Shown: positions 28,427 to 38,090, counted from the stretch's first letter. The stretch: 64,000 nt of DNA from a virus (IMGVR_UViG_3300037502_003770:53643-117642), one strand, 5' to 3'. Notes: generated by a model from the letters alone, not told the origin. Numbers and translations: made by a program.

Positions 28427-29023
28427 ATGAAAAACTTTCTAATTCTTTTAATGCTTGTATTTACTTTCAGCATTACAACTTTTGCACAAACTCAAACTAC
28501 CACAACACCTGATTATGGTTTTGCTAAAGGTCAAATTACTATTGGTGGTAATCTAATGGGTTACGCTGTTAAAACTAGTAGTCCCTCAATTACTGAATCA
28601 GCTTTTGGTGGTGGCTTAAATTTAGGTTATATGTTATCAGCTAAACATAATATTGCTTTAATGACAGATTATGTGAGTACATCTGATAATTCAAGACAAA
28701 ATACTTTTGGTTTAAGTTATACTTTTTATCCACTAAATCAAAGAGTCGCACCATATTTACAAGTTAACGCAGTAAGATTTAATAGAACAGAAAATAGTGG
28801 TCTTGTTAGTTCTATTACTTCAGAAACGGAAACCACAGTTAGAGGTTATTCAGCTTATCTAAGTGCTGGAGTTTGTTACAGGGTACATACAGACTTTTGG
28901 ATTTCAACTCAGTTTAACTTCTTACAATACCAAAGATATGATGATAGTGATTATACTGTAACTGAATTTGGTACATTACAAGCACCATTTACTTTAGGAG
29001 TACAATATTTCTTGAGTAGATAA
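28427..29023 (+). CDS. outer-membrane beta-barrel protein (small OMP)
   Basis: Signal peptide MKNFLILLMLVFTFSITTFAQ; alternating amphipathic strands; aromatic-rich C-terminal strand. Confidence 0.55.
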   Translation: MKNFLILLMLVFTFSITTFAQTQTTTTPDYGFAKGQITIGGNLMGYAVKTSSPSITESAFGGGLNLGYMLSAKHNIALMTDYVSTSDNSRQNTFGLSYTFYPLNQRVAPYLQVNAVRFNRTENSGLVSSITSETETTVRGYSAYLSAGVCYRVHTDFWISTQFNFLQYQRYDDSDYTVTEFGTLQAPFTLGVQYFLSR

Positions 29024-29052
29024 TACTTAAAAAACAATAACTTACTTAATAA

Positions 29053-29085
29053 AAAGTCTATTTTAAAAGAATAGGCTTTTTATTT
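29053..29085 (+). terminator. intrinsic terminator (related to the TPC hairpin)
   Basis: aagtctatt-ttaaaag-aataggctt 9-bp stem (one G-U) followed by a T-run. Confidence 0.55.
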
Positions 29086-29100
29086 TTAAATAAATATTTT

Positions 29101-30723
29101 ATGAAAATAGAAAACAGAATAGAAAAAGCTATTTCTTTATACGGAAATAATTCAACTGAAAATTTAAATGATTTTAATTTTTTTAATTGTAGTAGAGAAG
29201 AATTAATTTCATCAAAAAAACACTACGAATATATAAGTGGTCGTGATAATTCAATTCCAGAAAATGAAGTTGAATTATATATAAAAATATTGGGAAAAGA
29301 AAAAATAAAATCTTATATTTTAGAAGATTTAAAAAATATAGATAATTTAAATTATTATTTCAGAAGGAATTTAGAAAATTTAGATTTTACTATTTCAGAT
29401 TTAATAAACAATAGACAGTATTTACCAGAATTGTTAGATTATGATAATTCATATAGATTTTATAGTTTATTATCTAATAGTTTAAAAGAAAATAATTTTG
29501 ATGAGGTTGTTTTATTTTTATTAGAATATATATTTATTAATAATGATTATTGGCAAACATATTATACTTTTTATGATACTTTTTTATCTAAAAATCCAGA
29601 TTTATTTAAAAGAAATAAAGATATTCTTTTAGAAAATCTAATACAATCAATAAATAGTCAAAATATTTTAAATATTTTTTCTTTAATTATATGTAATATT
29701 GAATTAGATTTATCTACTGTAAAAGAAATTTATAACTTAATAAATTTATACGATTTAAGTTTACCAAAATTTATTTACGATTCATTTGATAACTCACGTT
29801 CTTTAGAATATGATAAAAGAAATAATAACCCATTAAAAAATAACTTAACTTTATTTTATGATTATTATCTATCATTAGATAGAGATAAAAATATTATAAA
29901 ATATTCTGACCATATTTTTTATGACAATCATATTGTAAATCAAATTTTTATCGAAAAATTAAAAGAAATTTACACAAAAGAGTATATTATTGAAAATCCT
30001 AATTCTTTAAAAAATAATAAGATTCTAAATATGTTAATTAATAATAAAATATTAAATACTGATATTTATAATCTTTTATTAGAAAACAATATTGAAAATG
30101 TGTTTACTGTTGGATATAGTTATCGTTTTCATGATAATTATAAATTTATAAAAATAAAAATTTATGAAGTATTAGATATTTATGTCAATAATAAATATTA
30201 TATAAATTCATTTAAAAGTGAAACTATGTATAGTATTTTAAATAATACATTAAATAAATTTTCTAAAATTGAATTAGTTTCTATTTTAGAAAAATATTTT
30301 ATACCAATATTTGATTATTTTACTGAGATTGAAAAGAAAGAAAGAGAAAATAGGGTTTATTCTGATGAGCTTTTATATGATGATAGAGTTGATGTTGAGG
30401 AATATAAAAATGATTTTTACAATTCAAAAAATGATTTTATTTTTTTAGTTGAATGTTTCATAATCAATATATTGAATATTAAACAACAATATGAATTAAT
30501 AACCAAATATGATTATAAATTAATTGATGTTATAAAAAAACCAAAAACAAGTTTATTTTTAAAACTTGCTTCCTTTGATAATAATTATTTTATGAGATAT
30601 TTATTTCTTTTAAAACTTAACAATTATGAGAATATTTCGTATTATAGAAAGGAACAAAGAAAAACTAAAAGTAAAAGTTTAAAACATTCAGGTGATGCCA
30701 TGTTGGTAGCAAAATCTTGTTAA
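29101..30723 (+). CDS. hypothetical protein (540 aa, N/Y/I-rich)
   Basis: Long ORF; no domain. Confidence 0.5.
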   Translation: MKIENRIEKAISLYGNNSTENLNDFNFFNCSREELISSKKHYEYISGRDNSIPENEVELYIKILGKEKIKSYILEDLKNIDNLNYYFRRNLENLDFTISDLINNRQYLPELLDYDNSYRFYSLLSNSLKENNFDEVVLFLLEYIFINNDYWQTYYTFYDTFLSKNPDLFKRNKDILLENLIQSINSQNILNIFSLIICNIELDLSTVKEIYNLINLYDLSLPKFIYDSFDNSRSLEYDKRNNNPLKNNLTLFYDYYLSLDRDKNIIKYSDHIFYDNHIVNQIFIEKLKEIYTKEYIIENPNSLKNNKILNMLINNKILNTDIYNLLLENNIENVFTVGYSYRFHDNYKFIKIKIYEVLDIYVNNKYYINSFKSETMYSILNNTLNKFSKIELVSILEKYFIPIFDYFTEIEKKERENRVYSDELLYDDRVDVEEYKNDFYNSKNDFIFLVECFIINILNIKQQYELITKYDYKLIDVIKKPKTSLFLKLASFDNNYFMRYLFLLKLNNYENISYYRKEQRKTKSKSLKHSGDAMLVAKSC

Positions 30724-30739
30724 CAATAAAAATCTTTTT

Positions 30740-31012
30740 ATGGAAAAAATAGAACTGCAAGAAGTGGAAATTATGGATGAAGATACTATTTCTTCAAAAC
30801 AAATAGTCCTTTATAATGACGATTTCAATACATTTGATAATGTTATTAAATGTTTAATGGTTTATTGTAAACATGTGTATGAACAAGCACTACAATTTGC
30901 TATGCAAGTGCATGAAAAAGGTAGATGTTCCGTTAAAGAGGGTTCATATAAAGAATTAAAACCTATTTGCGAGGCTTTACTTGAGAAAGGTTTATCAGCT
31001 CAAATAGAATAA
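30740..31012 (+). CDS. clpS: ATP-dependent Clp protease adaptor ClpS
   Basis: 90 aa; VLYNDDFNTFDNVIKCL...AMQVHEKGRCSVKEGSYKELKPICEAL matches the ClpS core. Confidence 0.8.
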   Translation: MEKIELQEVEIMDEDTISSKQIVLYNDDFNTFDNVIKCLMVYCKHVYEQALQFAMQVHEKGRCSVKEGSYKELKPICEALLEKGLSAQIE

Positions 31013-31019
31013 AAGATAT

Positions 31020-31523
31020 ATGAAACATAACATACAACAAGAAAAATTTTCTTTATTTATTGAAAAAAATTTCATAATAGAATATGAAAAAAATACCACA
31101 TCATATAGAATAGATGTTTATAATGATGTAAAAAAATATGATAAATATCTTATTGACAAATATATTAAAACGGATGATACTTTTCGAGTACTAAACTTAT
31201 TTCAAAATTTAAAATTAGAATATTATAATGGTTTATTATCATTAAATTTTGAAAGAAAAGAACATATTTATATAAATTATAGTTCTCTTGAATATGGTAC
31301 TCAACATAATAAAGAAAAATTCCTAAACGAAGTAATTAAATATTTACCGCAAACAGATTTAACTAAAAAAATAGATTTTTCTAAAAGAAATATTTTTGGT
31401 AGTACAAATCATGTATTTATTAAAGACATACCTTTTTTTAATGAAAAATTTATTCCATTAAATGTAGAACCTTATGTAAAAAATGCTATTACTAATAATA
31501 ATTTTTTAATAAATTATATATAG
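31020..31523 (+). CDS. hypothetical protein
   Basis: 167-aa ORF. Confidence 0.45.
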   Translation: MKHNIQQEKFSLFIEKNFIIEYEKNTTSYRIDVYNDVKKYDKYLIDKYIKTDDTFRVLNLFQNLKLEYYNGLLSLNFERKEHIYINYSSLEYGTQHNKEKFLNEVIKYLPQTDLTKKIDFSKRNIFGSTNHVFIKDIPFFNEKFIPLNVEPYVKNAITNNNFLINYI

Positions 31524-31542
31524 TAAGGATATTATTCACCGT

Positions 31543-31619
31543 TTTAACAAAAAACATTATTTCTTGTAGTATAAATCAGTTCAAACAAAACAACAATTAA
31601 ACAAAAACAATTTTCTCTT
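31543..31619 (+). promoter_or_regulatory. degenerate TPC cassette copy (leader type 1)
   Basis: ttttaacaaaaaacattatttcttgtagtataaatcagttcaaacaaaacaa... Confidence 0.4.
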
Positions 31620-32429
31620 ATGAAAAGATTCCTTTTCCTCTTATGTACAATCATTACTTTAGTATCGATGCAATCATGCGAAATGATTGAATCTGGATAT
31701 GTTGGTATCAAAGTTAATAAAACTGGTGATAATCAAGGTGTTCAAAACATAGTAGAAGTTACTGGGTGGTGTTTCTATAATCCAATTACAAGTAGTATTT
31801 ACGAGTTTCCAACACACGTTCAACACGTAGATTATGAAGCTTTTGAAGTAGGTGCTAAAGATGCTGCATTATTTACTATTAAACCATCATTAAATTATAT
31901 GGTTTCACCAAGTAAAGTACCATTTATCTTTGTTAAATATAGAAAACCTTTAAATGAAATTGAACAACAATTTATCAGAACTACATTATTTGAAGCTTAT
32001 AAAATTTCAGCAAACAGGTATAGTTCAGATAGTTTACTTAAATCAAGACAAATCTTCGAGGATAATGTAAGAAAAATCTTGGTTGATTCTTTAGGAAAAG
32101 ATGGTTTTATTTTAAATCAACTAACTTGTAATATCTCAATTCCAAAAAGTTTGCAAGAATCTATTGAAAGAAAAAATAATAGCGTTCAGGCATCAATGCA
32201 AGCAGAGAATGAAGTTAAAACAGCTGAGGCTAATGCCAGAATTGCAATTGCCCAAGCCAATGGAGAAGCACAGGCTGCATTAATCGCAGCGAAAGCTGAG
32301 GCTGAAGTAAATAGACTACGTCAACAAAGTTTAACACCTTTGCTTATTCAACAGCAGTATATTCAAAAATGGAATGGTGTTTTACCTCAATATGGACAAG
32401 TTCCTTCTTTAATGAAACAAGTTCAATAA
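31620..32429 (+). CDS. SPFH/band-7 domain lipoprotein
   Basis: Lipobox LVSMQSC; C-terminal Ala/Glu-rich AEANARIAIAQANGEAQAALIAAKAEAEVNRLRQQ typical of SPFH/HflC-type proteins. Confidence 0.6.
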   Translation: MKRFLFLLCTIITLVSMQSCEMIESGYVGIKVNKTGDNQGVQNIVEVTGWCFYNPITSSIYEFPTHVQHVDYEAFEVGAKDAALFTIKPSLNYMVSPSKVPFIFVKYRKPLNEIEQQFIRTTLFEAYKISANRYSSDSLLKSRQIFEDNVRKILVDSLGKDGFILNQLTCNISIPKSLQESIERKNNSVQASMQAENEVKTAEANARIAIAQANGEAQAALIAAKAEAEVNRLRQQSLTPLLIQQQYIQKWNGVLPQYGQVPSLMKQVQ

Positions 32430-32449
32430 GAAGAAATAAAATTATATTA

Positions 32450-32486
32450 AAAGACTTCTATTTTAAAAGATAGAAGTCTTTTTAAA
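32450..32486 (+). terminator. intrinsic terminator (TPC-hairpin relative)
   Basis: aaagacttctat-tttaaaag-atagaagtcttt 12-bp stem. Confidence 0.65.
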
Positions 32487-32497
32487 TAAAGATAAAT

Positions 32498-32809
32498 ATG
32501 TTTATAAAAATAATTATAACAACAAATACATTTTTCTATTCTGAATGTATTACTAGTATATATGGGAATGGTAGTAGTTTATTATATTGTGAATATATCA
32601 ATAGTCAATACTGTTTTAATTTTGAAAAAGCTACTGAATGGAATGCTTATTTCAAAATTAATGAAAATTTATGGATTACTTTTCAATTACCTATGTCAGA
32701 TTTTCATTTAAATGATGTGTATTTATTTTTAGACTTTCGTGATAAACATTCATATAATAATTTATCTAATTTTTTTAAAAAATTTAAACCAAATGAATAT
32801 AAATATTAA
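32498..32809 (+). CDS. FamA protein
   Basis: MFIKIIITTNTFFYSECIT. Confidence 0.5.
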   Translation: MFIKIIITTNTFFYSECITSIYGNGSSLLYCEYINSQYCFNFEKATEWNAYFKINENLWITFQLPMSDFHLNDVYLFLDFRDKHSYNNLSNFFKKFKPNEYKY

Positions 32810-33293
32810 TACAGAACATTGTTTTTATCAAGAAATTAATTATTATTTAGAATATAATATTAAACCAATTTTTATTTTAATAAATAAGTTTTTTTCTGAG
32901 GAATGGTTTCTTCCTTTAATTGGTATAACTTATTTTTATAATAATTTATTTCATAATAAAACAGTTAAATCTTTAAGAAAAACTCATCTTTATGAATATA
33001 TATTATTAAGTTTTTTACGTATTAGGATGAAACTTGATAAATTAAATAAAACCACAATAAAACAAAGTGTTGATAATTTTATTCATCATACACATATAAC
33101 ATATTATACAGAAAATATTTGTAAAGAATTAATAAAATATTATGGTATTGAAATTATTAAATTTTTACCAAATAAATTCTTTACTAAAAAACTGTATATT
33201 TTTATGTATGATTTATTAGGCAATGAATTGCTTTCTTTACATAAAATATCAAATTCTTTCAAAGACAAAGGTTTTCACCTTGCTTTTCCTTGA
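32793..33293 (+). CDS. FamA protein whose 3' end runs into the antisense of TnpB-like copy 3
   Basis: ORF track 32739..33293; motif MNININTEHCFYQEIN from ATG 32793; tail ...KISNSFKDKGFHLAFP lies opposite the TnpB-like C-terminus. Confidence 0.4.
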   Translation: MNININTEHCFYQEINYYLEYNIKPIFILINKFFSEEWFLPLIGITYFYNNLFHNKTVKSLRKTHLYEYILLSFLRIRMKLDKLNKTTIKQSVDNFIHHTHITYYTENICKELIKYYGIEIIKFLPNKFFTKKLYIFMYDLLGNELLSLHKISNSFKDKGFHLAFP

Positions 33294-34640
33294 ATTTAAC
33301 TCAAAAACTTTATAAGAATGTAAACATTCCTCAATAGAAACTCTATATTTCAATCCAGAGTTTTTTATTTTAAGGGAAACTTCCTTCCAATCCTTACATT
33401 TAATAAAAGTTTCCTTCCAACGGTCTTTTATTAATAGATTTGGATAAAAATTTCCCTTATTTCTTTTAATTATACATTGAATTCCTCTGCGTACAATTTC
33501 TATCGAGGCATTAACAGTATCAGTATAATCATGTTGCAAATTGCCTATGATAGATGAATACGCAGGATTTATTCTGTATAATTTAATATCTTCAATAAAT
33601 AATCTCTTTGAAAGGTTCTCTACAAACAAATTTCTTTTCCAAAGGTTATTATTTTTCCTGTTATATGTTGTTCCTTTACCAGCATTTTTATCTTTAAAAG
33701 ATAAATCTTCAATAAAAACAGCTTTACAATTATAATATTTTGCAATCAAAGAAATCTTTTTTGAAATTTCGATTGTTTCAAATTGTATTTTATTTTGAAA
33801 GTACTTTGCTTTATCAGAAGAAGAATCTAATTTTAAAGAAATAAATTTATCTATTAACTCTTTTAAAGAAAATTCTTGACAATAAATAAGTTTATCATCT
33901 TCCATAATAGAAATACCTATATTATTAGGATTCATATCTATTCCTAGATATCTTTCTTTTGAAGGGAGAAATTTCTTTTCTTCATTTTTAAATTCTTCAA
34001 AAGAAATATAAATATATTTTAAATCAAGTTTAATAGAAAATTTATAACCTTTTTCAAAATTAGGTTTTACATCATTTAATTCTTGAAGTTTATACAAATC
34101 TTTTTTAATATTTTTCCTTAAAGAAGGTAAATATAAAGGTATATGTAATTTTTTATTTACTTTAAAAATGATTTGATTATTATCAATTATATCTAATTCA
34201 AAATAAGAATTTCCTCTATTATTGGTAACACCTTGACACGTAATAGGTGAAAGTTTATTTATTTTAAATTCATCTTTACTTATATTTCCTTTACATCTTT
34301 CATAAAAATTATTCTTTCCACCAAAAATAACCTTTTGATTTTTAAATCTTGTGTGAACATCTTTTCCTTCTAAAATAGCGTATTCTATTAATTTAGAATT
34401 TAAATCTTGAATATTATTTAAACCTTTAAGTAAAGACTTTATTTTTTTAATATCAGTTATTCCTTCAAAATACCTATTATAAGAAAACCTTACTACAGAA
34501 GAGAATTGTTTCATTAAAGAATGAATTTCTTTTAATGAATTTACATCAGTTGTATAAGGCATTTTAATAGTTTTCAAAAGTATTTAATGTTTATTATAAA
34601 TAGTAAAAATAAATTATTCTTTTAACAAATAGAAGTCTTT
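33232..34640 (-). mobile_element. tnpB-like-only IS element, copy 3
   Basis: Shared 3' flank TAAAATATCAAAT; shared left end at 34589-34618, then ttttaacaaatagaagtcttttctgtattata which matches the 3' half of the TPC hairpin. Confidence 0.55.
33249..34577 (-). CDS. TnpB-like RuvC nuclease paralog 3 (no zinc-finger insertion)
   Basis: 442 aa; GIDMNPNNIG, AVFIEDLSF, INPAYSSIIGNLQHDYTDTVNASIEI. Confidence 0.75.
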   Translation of the reverse strand: MKTIKMPYTTDVNSLKEIHSLMKQFSSVVRFSYNRYFEGITDIKKIKSLLKGLNNIQDLNSKLIEYAILEGKDVHTRFKNQKVIFGGKNNFYERCKGNISKDEFKINKLSPITCQGVTNNRGNSYFELDIIDNNQIIFKVNKKLHIPLYLPSLRKNIKKDLYKLQELNDVKPNFEKGYKFSIKLDLKYIYISFEEFKNEEKKFLPSKERYLGIDMNPNNIGISIMEDDKLIYCQEFSLKELIDKFISLKLDSSSDKAKYFQNKIQFETIEISKKISLIAKYYNCKAVFIEDLSFKDKNAGKGTTYNRKNNNLWKRNLFVENLSKRLFIEDIKLYRINPAYSSIIGNLQHDYTDTVNASIEIVRRGIQCIIKRNKGNFYPNLLIKDRWKETFIKCKDWKEVSLKIKNSGLKYRVSIEECLHSYKVFELNSRKSKVKTFVFERI

Positions 34641-34674
34641 TCTGTATTATAAAATAATAAACATTTATAAAAAA

Positions 34675-35466
34675 ATGATATACTTTACATCAGACCTTCA
34701 TTTCCACCACAAAAACATTATTAAATCCTTAACTAAATGGGATAAGAATACTCCTTGTTTAAGGAATTTTTCCTCTATTGAGGAAATGAATCTTACTTTA
34801 ATAAATAATATTAATCAAACAATTAAAAATCCCCAAGAAGATATACTTTTTATATTAGGTGATTTTTCATTCTCTCGAAAAGAAAAAGATTTAATTGAAA
34901 TAAGGAATCAAATTCTTTGTAAAAATATTTATTTTGTTGTAGGAAATCACGATTGGCAGTTTGAATCTCCTGTTATTAGGGAATTATTCACAAAGGTTTC
35001 TACCTTTAATCAATTAATTCTTTATAAAGATTATACTTTTGATTTGTATGATATACCTTGCTATTTGAAAAAACATACACAAAAGGAAGTACTTTCAAAA
35101 ATAGAATTATTTCATTACCCAATAAACGTGGATATTTATAGTGAATATAAATATTTACATTTACATGGACACCTTCATACCACACTTTCTTTACAAGAAC
35201 AACTTAATTCTAAATATAATAATGTATTGGATATTGGTGTAGATTCTCATCCTGAGTTAAAACCTTATACTATAGATGAAATCCTTTTAACTAAAAAGGA
35301 AAATTTCTATAATATGTATAAAGCAGGTAAATGTAGTATTGATGATTCTGATGATTATGTTGATAAATGGCACAATTCAAAAGAAATTGGTATTCCATTA
35401 AATAAATTCTTAGGATTTCCTACAAATAAAGAATACGAACTTTACCTTAAAGGATTAGATTTTTAA
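34675..35466 (+). CDS. calcineurin-like metallophosphoesterase
   Basis: Motifs SDLHFHH, GDFSF, VGNHD, HLHGHLH. Confidence 0.75.
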   Translation: MIYFTSDLHFHHKNIIKSLTKWDKNTPCLRNFSSIEEMNLTLINNINQTIKNPQEDILFILGDFSFSRKEKDLIEIRNQILCKNIYFVVGNHDWQFESPVIRELFTKVSTFNQLILYKDYTFDLYDIPCYLKKHTQKEVLSKIELFHYPINVDIYSEYKYLHLHGHLHTTLSLQEQLNSKYNNVLDIGVDSHPELKPYTIDEILLTKKENFYNMYKAGKCSIDDSDDYVDKWHNSKEIGIPLNKFLGFPTNKEYELYLKGLDF

Positions 35467-35477
35467 ATTATCTTGTT

Positions 35478-36278
35478 ATGACCATTTACATCTTTAATAA
35501 TAATCTTTTTTATTTAGAGATACATAAAGTATTTACTCTTATAAATTCTAAATTCTATGAATTTGATAAGGGTATTATACCTGCATTAAAAAGATTACTT
35601 GATATGACAGCTAATGATAGCAAGTTAAAAAATTTTAAGATGTATAAATACTTCTGTAATTTTTTATACGAAGTATGTTTTGAGAAATCTAGGATATTAA
35701 ATACTATCAAAGATAATGAAGTTTTAGTTTATATTATTGAAAAAAATAATCTAACTGATGATTTAGAAACTTTAGAAAAATTATATTTTTCAAATAACGC
35801 ACTTTCAGATGAAAAAATATTTAAACAAGTTTTAGATACTTTTAAACCGAAGTTTCAATATTATAATTTTAATAATTTAAATAAAAAATTATTTGAATCA
35901 AAGACTGTTCGTAATTATATAGTTGATATATTTAAAAGAACATTACAGGCATCAAGTATACCATTATTATCCATACCAAAACCTACCGAATATAATATAT
36001 TAACTGAATCTGAATATATTGATATTGTTTCATATGGTTTTAAGAAATATCAAAATTCTGGTGTTTTTGAAACTGATAAATCTCGGTATTTTACACCAAC
36101 AATACAACAGTTTATTGATTTCATTAATAAAGAAAGTAAAAATATTAAATCTTATCATTCTTCTGATAGTGAGAATACAGTAATATCATATAAAAAATTA
36201 TTTGAAATGAGACATAATCAAACCCATTTCTTTACTCAAGAACAAATTAATACTTTAATTGACTTACATAAAGAATAA
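35478..36278 (+). CDS. FamA N-terminal motif protein (266 aa)
   Basis: MTIYIFNNNLFYLEIHK. Confidence 0.5.
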   Translation: MTIYIFNNNLFYLEIHKVFTLINSKFYEFDKGIIPALKRLLDMTANDSKLKNFKMYKYFCNFLYEVCFEKSRILNTIKDNEVLVYIIEKNNLTDDLETLEKLYFSNNALSDEKIFKQVLDTFKPKFQYYNFNNLNKKLFESKTVRNYIVDIFKRTLQASSIPLLSIPKPTEYNILTESEYIDIVSYGFKKYQNSGVFETDKSRYFTPTIQQFIDFINKESKNIKSYHSSDSENTVISYKKLFEMRHNQTHFFTQEQINTLIDLHKE

Positions 36279-36761
36279 ATGTTAAATATAATTTTAAGTT
36301 CAAATAAATTTGTTTATCAGGAAATAGGTCAGGAAGACTATGGATATACTGGTTATCTTAAATATAATCAATATATACCTGAAGCAGAATTTTTCGTAAG
36401 TTATCTTTATTGCAATAGTAATATTTTTCTACATGAGTATCAGGAATATGGTTTAAAATATTCTTTTAAAGAAAAAATAGAAGATATTGAAATAGCAAAA
36501 CGTTCAATTGGTACTAATAATAAATTTATAAACCATAAAACTCCTTTCTATATAGGTGGAAATTATTCATTAAATAACGACGTTAATTATTTTGTTACCT
36601 TATTACCTTTAAGAAAAATCTCTACTAGAAAAGAAAGGTATACTTTTAATAATGATTCTGAATATCATAAAATTACAACTTACAAAATAGATTTTTCATT
36701 ACGAGAAAAACCATCTTTAATTAAAAAAATAAAAACATTTTTAAAGAAAGTATTATGTTAA
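36279..36761 (+). CDS. FamA protein
   Basis: MLNIILSSNKFVYQEIG. Confidence 0.5.
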   Translation: MLNIILSSNKFVYQEIGQEDYGYTGYLKYNQYIPEAEFFVSYLYCNSNIFLHEYQEYGLKYSFKEKIEDIEIAKRSIGTNNKFINHKTPFYIGGNYSLNNDVNYFVTLLPLRKISTRKERYTFNNDSEYHKITTYKIDFSLREKPSLIKKIKTFLKKVLC

Positions 36762-37147
36762 ATATTAATATTTCTTGTTTTCACAGTATTTACTTTGAAA
36801 GAAGTTTTCTACCTAATTTATTTAGTTTAAGTTTTGATTTTATTATTAGTTTTGCTTTAATTAATACAATTTTTAATGAATCTAATAATAAAAGAATATT
36901 TTGTACATTTTTAAATTTATCAAATGGTCTACCTCAAAAGATATTAAGAAAATATCCACATTTTAGTAAACAAATTTATCATCTAATAATAGAACATAAT
37001 ATTAATCATATATCAAAAATTAATTTAAAAGATAGAACGTATGAAATGTATAAAATGGTTTATATTAGAAAATCACATGATACTTTTATAAAATACTTTC
37101 CAAAAGAAATCTTAGAACAAATAAAAAATGAAATTAAAAATAATTAA
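36755..37147 (+). CDS. FamA protein
   Basis: MLNINISCFHSIYFERS. Confidence 0.45.
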   Translation: MLNINISCFHSIYFERSFLPNLFSLSFDFIISFALINTIFNESNNKRIFCTFLNLSNGLPQKILRKYPHFSKQIYHLIIEHNINHISKINLKDRTYEMYKMVYIRKSHDTFIKYFPKEILEQIKNEIKNN

Positions 37148-37173
37148 CTAATTAAAAAAATAATTATATTCTT

Positions 37174-37461
37174 ATGAAAGAAGCCATAAAAATAAGTGAA
37201 CTTAAAACAAACCTTGAGACAAATGTTAACCTTAACTATGACGAACATATTGAAAAGATTAATAACCTTCTTTTAGAAGATTCACAATCACATGGACCAA
37301 GACAAACTATAACTTATGAAATTAATTATAAAGATGAATATATTTGTGATAGTGTAACAAATTTTTTATCTGAATATTATGAAAAAGAAGGTTATTCAAT
37401 AGAAATAGAATACAATTCTAAATATAGATTAGGTAATAAACTACATATTTCTTACAGTTAA
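37174..37461 (+). CDS. hypothetical protein
   Basis: 95-aa ORF. Confidence 0.4.
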   Translation: MKEAIKISELKTNLETNVNLNYDEHIEKINNLLLEDSQSHGPRQTITYEINYKDEYICDSVTNFLSEYYEKEGYSIEIEYNSKYRLGNKLHISYS

Positions 37462-37465
37462 AATT

Positions 37466-37600
37466 ATGAAAAAAGATAAACAAAATGTAGAATTAAAAGC
37501 TGTTAAAGGTGCGGGTTTTATGTCTTTGGTTAAAGAGTTAGATAAACAAATAGTTTGGACCAAGGAGTTAACTAAAAAAGTTTTAAATAAAAAAAAATAA
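37466..37600 (+). CDS. possible small basic protein (44 aa), not in the ORF track
   Basis: ATG 37466 MKKDKQNVELKAVKGAGFMSLVKELDKQIVWTKELTKKVLNKKK. Confidence 0.25.
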   Translation: MKKDKQNVELKAVKGAGFMSLVKELDKQIVWTKELTKKVLNKKK

Positions 37601-37604
37601 TACT

Positions 37605-38090
37605 ATGAATAAACAAGAAGAGAAAGATTCACCAGGTTATAAAGCATTAGAAAGGGATTTAGAAGCTCAATTACTAAGGTCACATATAAAACCAAAAGAA
37701 GGTGCTGGTTACAAAGGATTATTTAACCAAATAGAGAAAAATTTAGTATGGAAAAAGAATAAAACTTTTCACATAATAAAATTTACTCAAAATAAAGTGA
37801 GTTTTGAAGTATTGGAAGATACTTTTGCTGATTACCATTCAGCATTAAAATACTTAGATAAGTATGAAGTACTTAATTCTGAAAATGAGAATAATCTTTA
37901 TTTAGTTACAGATTCATTAGGTTATTTTTTATCTACAGGTTTTTATGATAAAGAAAAACTTATTTCTTTAAGAAAAATTACTGTACAAAAGAAAGTAACT
38001 TTTACAATAGAATGTGTACATGAAGATTTCTTACTTGAAAAAATACAATCTTTCTGTAAAGAAAATAATATCACTTATAAACTAAACTAA
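37605..38090 (+). CDS. hypothetical protein
   Basis: 161-aa ORF. Confidence 0.45.
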   Translation: MNKQEEKDSPGYKALERDLEAQLLRSHIKPKEGAGYKGLFNQIEKNLVWKKNKTFHIIKFTQNKVSFEVLEDTFADYHSALKYLDKYEVLNSENENNLYLVTDSLGYFLSTGFYDKEKLISLRKITVQKKVTFTIECVHEDFLLEKIQSFCKENNITYKLN

